In this document: positions 61,470-64,000 of the stretch, one piece after another
How positions within the stretch are numbered: the stretch's first letter is position 1
How the letters are laid out: each line of letters starts with the position of its first letter
NCBI RefSeq assembly: GCF_006345805.1
Contig: NC_042999.1
Coordinates: 147,746,001 to 147,810,000, forward strand
Length of the DNA: 64,000 nucleotides
From: Octopus sinensis
Taxonomy: Eukaryota
Reading direction: 5' to 3'
The notes under the pieces: generated by a model
What the model was told of the DNA's origin: nothing
The model's database searches: none
The model's input: only the letters and a program-made list of their open reading frames with translations
Made by a program: the position numbers and the translations under genes

Positions 61470-64000
61470 CATATATTATATATATAATTGTGCGTGTGAG
61501 CATACTGCACATATTATTCAGAAAGCCTTCCATTATCCTCTGACTACCGCCGTCCCGTATCTAACAACATCAAACATGATAATACAATCTTCATAACTGA
61601 GTAACTTACAATGCATCTAAATGGGCCTGCAGCATACATAATGTAGGAATGGTGCTGTATTATGGAAACAATCAACAACTGTGGAAGAACATTATGATAA
61701 TAGAATGTTTCGATCTGCACGTTTCGTTGCTTCATAAAATTCACTTAATTCATACGCATTGGATTGTTACCTTTGAAAAATCTACTACTTCAAAAATTAT
61801 GTCCAACTTTATAGTTGGACATAATAAATCAGAAGCAGTATTTTGTAGTTAACTCAGTACAAATCATTAGGATATTGCTAATTTTCAAACGGATGATATT
61901 CAATAAAGACAAAATGTGGGCGGAAAATATAGACATAGGGGTTACCATGTGATCTAGGAAGCAAAAGAGTATACGCGTGACAAGAGATGGCAGATGAGCG
62001 CACTAAATTAACCTGAGTGTTGATATATGCAGCTAAACAGTTTGCAAGACCAGAATACATTGTAGGAAGTATAGAAGATGCACATGAAGGGGGCAGAACA
62101 TTTATGAGCGGGAGTATATTATTGTTAGCGATATTTTTTCAATCAGGTTTCGAATTTCGGAAGACCAATAATTTAGAATTAAAAATTCAGAGAGGCTACT
62201 ACTTAGAAAATTTCCCGAAGATAAATATTTCACTTCCTTTGAGAGAGAAGTAGCAAATATCTCCTGAATATCTCTAGAATTCAAGGATTGAGAGTTACTG
62301 ACGGGACATTTTGAGTACCCTTTTGATTGGAAATTTTAGAGAAATGCGGACGTGAGTTGTGAGTTTGTGTGATGTTGAACCCTGACGAGTGAAGAATAAA
62401 AGCTTTTAAGCACTGTGGAAGTGGACATGAAAATGTAAAATCGTTTCCCATAGGAGTTTTACTTTCAGGGCCATCTCAGATAAGAAATGGTGAGCATGAA
62501 GATTCCGCAGAACTGATAGAGATCTAATTCTTAGTAGTTCTGAAGGACAAGCTGAAATTTAGGAAGCAAGGACGTTTTTAGAATGTCGTATATATGCCCA
62601 TTCAATGAAAAATATCTACAAAAAATATTGGGATTGATTCATCAACTATACTCCAACGTATAAGAATTGAACTGATGAATTAATGAAAACAAATCGATAT
62701 TATTACAAGCAAGTTTATCAGCACAGAATCAGAGATAAAATAAGCTCTCATCGATCTGAGAAAACAAAGTGAATTACAACCTTGACTGATGTTCTTTCCA
62801 ATCTTTTTATTTAAACAGACAAAGATGGGAACGTCTAGCTTTCCATTCGTTTATGTCGTAAAATTCGGGGTTGTGTTCATCATCAATAAAATCTATTAAT
62901 GTAAATATGACAGACACATGAACATTGTATTAATTTCTTACCTCTTTGTTTCTGCATCAGTTATGGACATTTCATTTAATATAAGAAATGAAAAAAAGGA
63001 AAAATTGGTTTTCCAGAAAATTGTTAGTGTGAAACAGTCAATAATTGACTAATAGGTATTAGGAGGACAAGTGTGATTTACTGCAGTAAATCGAAACCGA
63101 ATTATAGATAATTCTTCGATTCCAATTTTACTTTCCAGCTGTTGAAAATACCTAGGTCTAATTTGTTATGATTTTATTTAACGGCTGTTTTCAGCGGTAT
63201 TACGAATAAAGTGATCAAAATTTCATTGGATTGGGATGTTAAATATTTCCATCTGGTTTAGATAATTACGAGATTCTGGTATTTATTCCAAGGCAATTTC
63301 TGATTCTCTTCCAGAAGCCGGATATAAGAATCTTGTGTGTCTCGTGGAGTATAGCCAATTTCGTCGCGGCGAGCGAAGCATTTATTTACTAAACGATGTA
63401 CAAGAATAAGACAAGTAAATATGAACATCTAATTGTTTATTGACAAGGTCATAGTTTCTTATACAAGCGATGTTGGGAATTTTATTACCCTCACAACATG
63501 GTTAGTACTTTTATTGGCCCGTCAAAGAGGAGGCAGTAAGTGGCGGCTTCGGTAGAATATATTACCAAATCATAATCAAAGTAATTAAATAGCACATCAA
63601 CAAATCATTTCGGATTCTGTCAATCCTACAACCAGCTTGATGATCAGGAACGTGTAATTCCAATAATAGATATGACATACCAGCTGCAGTATCCATCAAC
63701 GACTCTCATCTCTCGACATTGAGTAGTGTTTAGGACTTGTTCCACATATATTTATATGTCTATGTACATCCGTACATTATTCATATACATGTATATCTGC
63801 ATGTTCCTGAAGGCGCTTGCGCGTGCGTGTGTGTATGAATTGTATGTGTGTATGTATGTTCTCTTAAGTTTTGAATTACTTGAAGTTTTCTCGTCAGGAA
63901 GGAGCTATGTGTGTATATTACTTAAAACCTTTATTCCAAGAAAAATAAAGAGACTCTGTACTGATTGGATCACAGAACCATCACATGACAATTATGCGTT

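Noticed and set aside
62383-62430. CTGACGA followed by a GTG/CAC stem
   Set aside because: No GAAA after the stem and no stem I or III.

Overview
This is an AT-rich, microsatellite-saturated animal genomic window. The SINE families and repeat landscape look like an octopod cephalopod (inference from pattern recognition; no search was run). I can support no host protein-coding gene: the window reads as intergenic or intronic DNA, and nearly all ORF-track entries are microsatellite artefacts. Supportable content: (i) a stack of (TAA)n-targeted insertions at 8.7-13.8 kb, containing a near-intact R4/Dong-clade LINE (RT, CCHC finger and restriction-like endonuclease; one TGA nonsense codon), a second 5'-truncated copy, and two copies of a ~570-nt non-coding element; (ii) about 20 tRNA-derived SINE copies of at least 4 families; (iii) decayed Tc1 and maT/DD37D-like transposons, a non-autonomous Helitron and a gag-like LINE ORF1 remnant. 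The most interesting signal is invisible to the ORF track: about 10 separate loci carry type-I hammerhead ribozyme (HHR) motifs from several unrelated families, mostly beside (TA)n tracts. These include a fully canonical GUC hammerhead inside a 353-nt unit with 26-nt terminal redundancy (retrozyme/circular-RNA signature, 2553-2931). They also include two copies of a composite tRNA-head + (AAT)n + hammerhead-tail SINE, and fold-back inverted repeats, one of which breaks inside the ribozyme's stem III.
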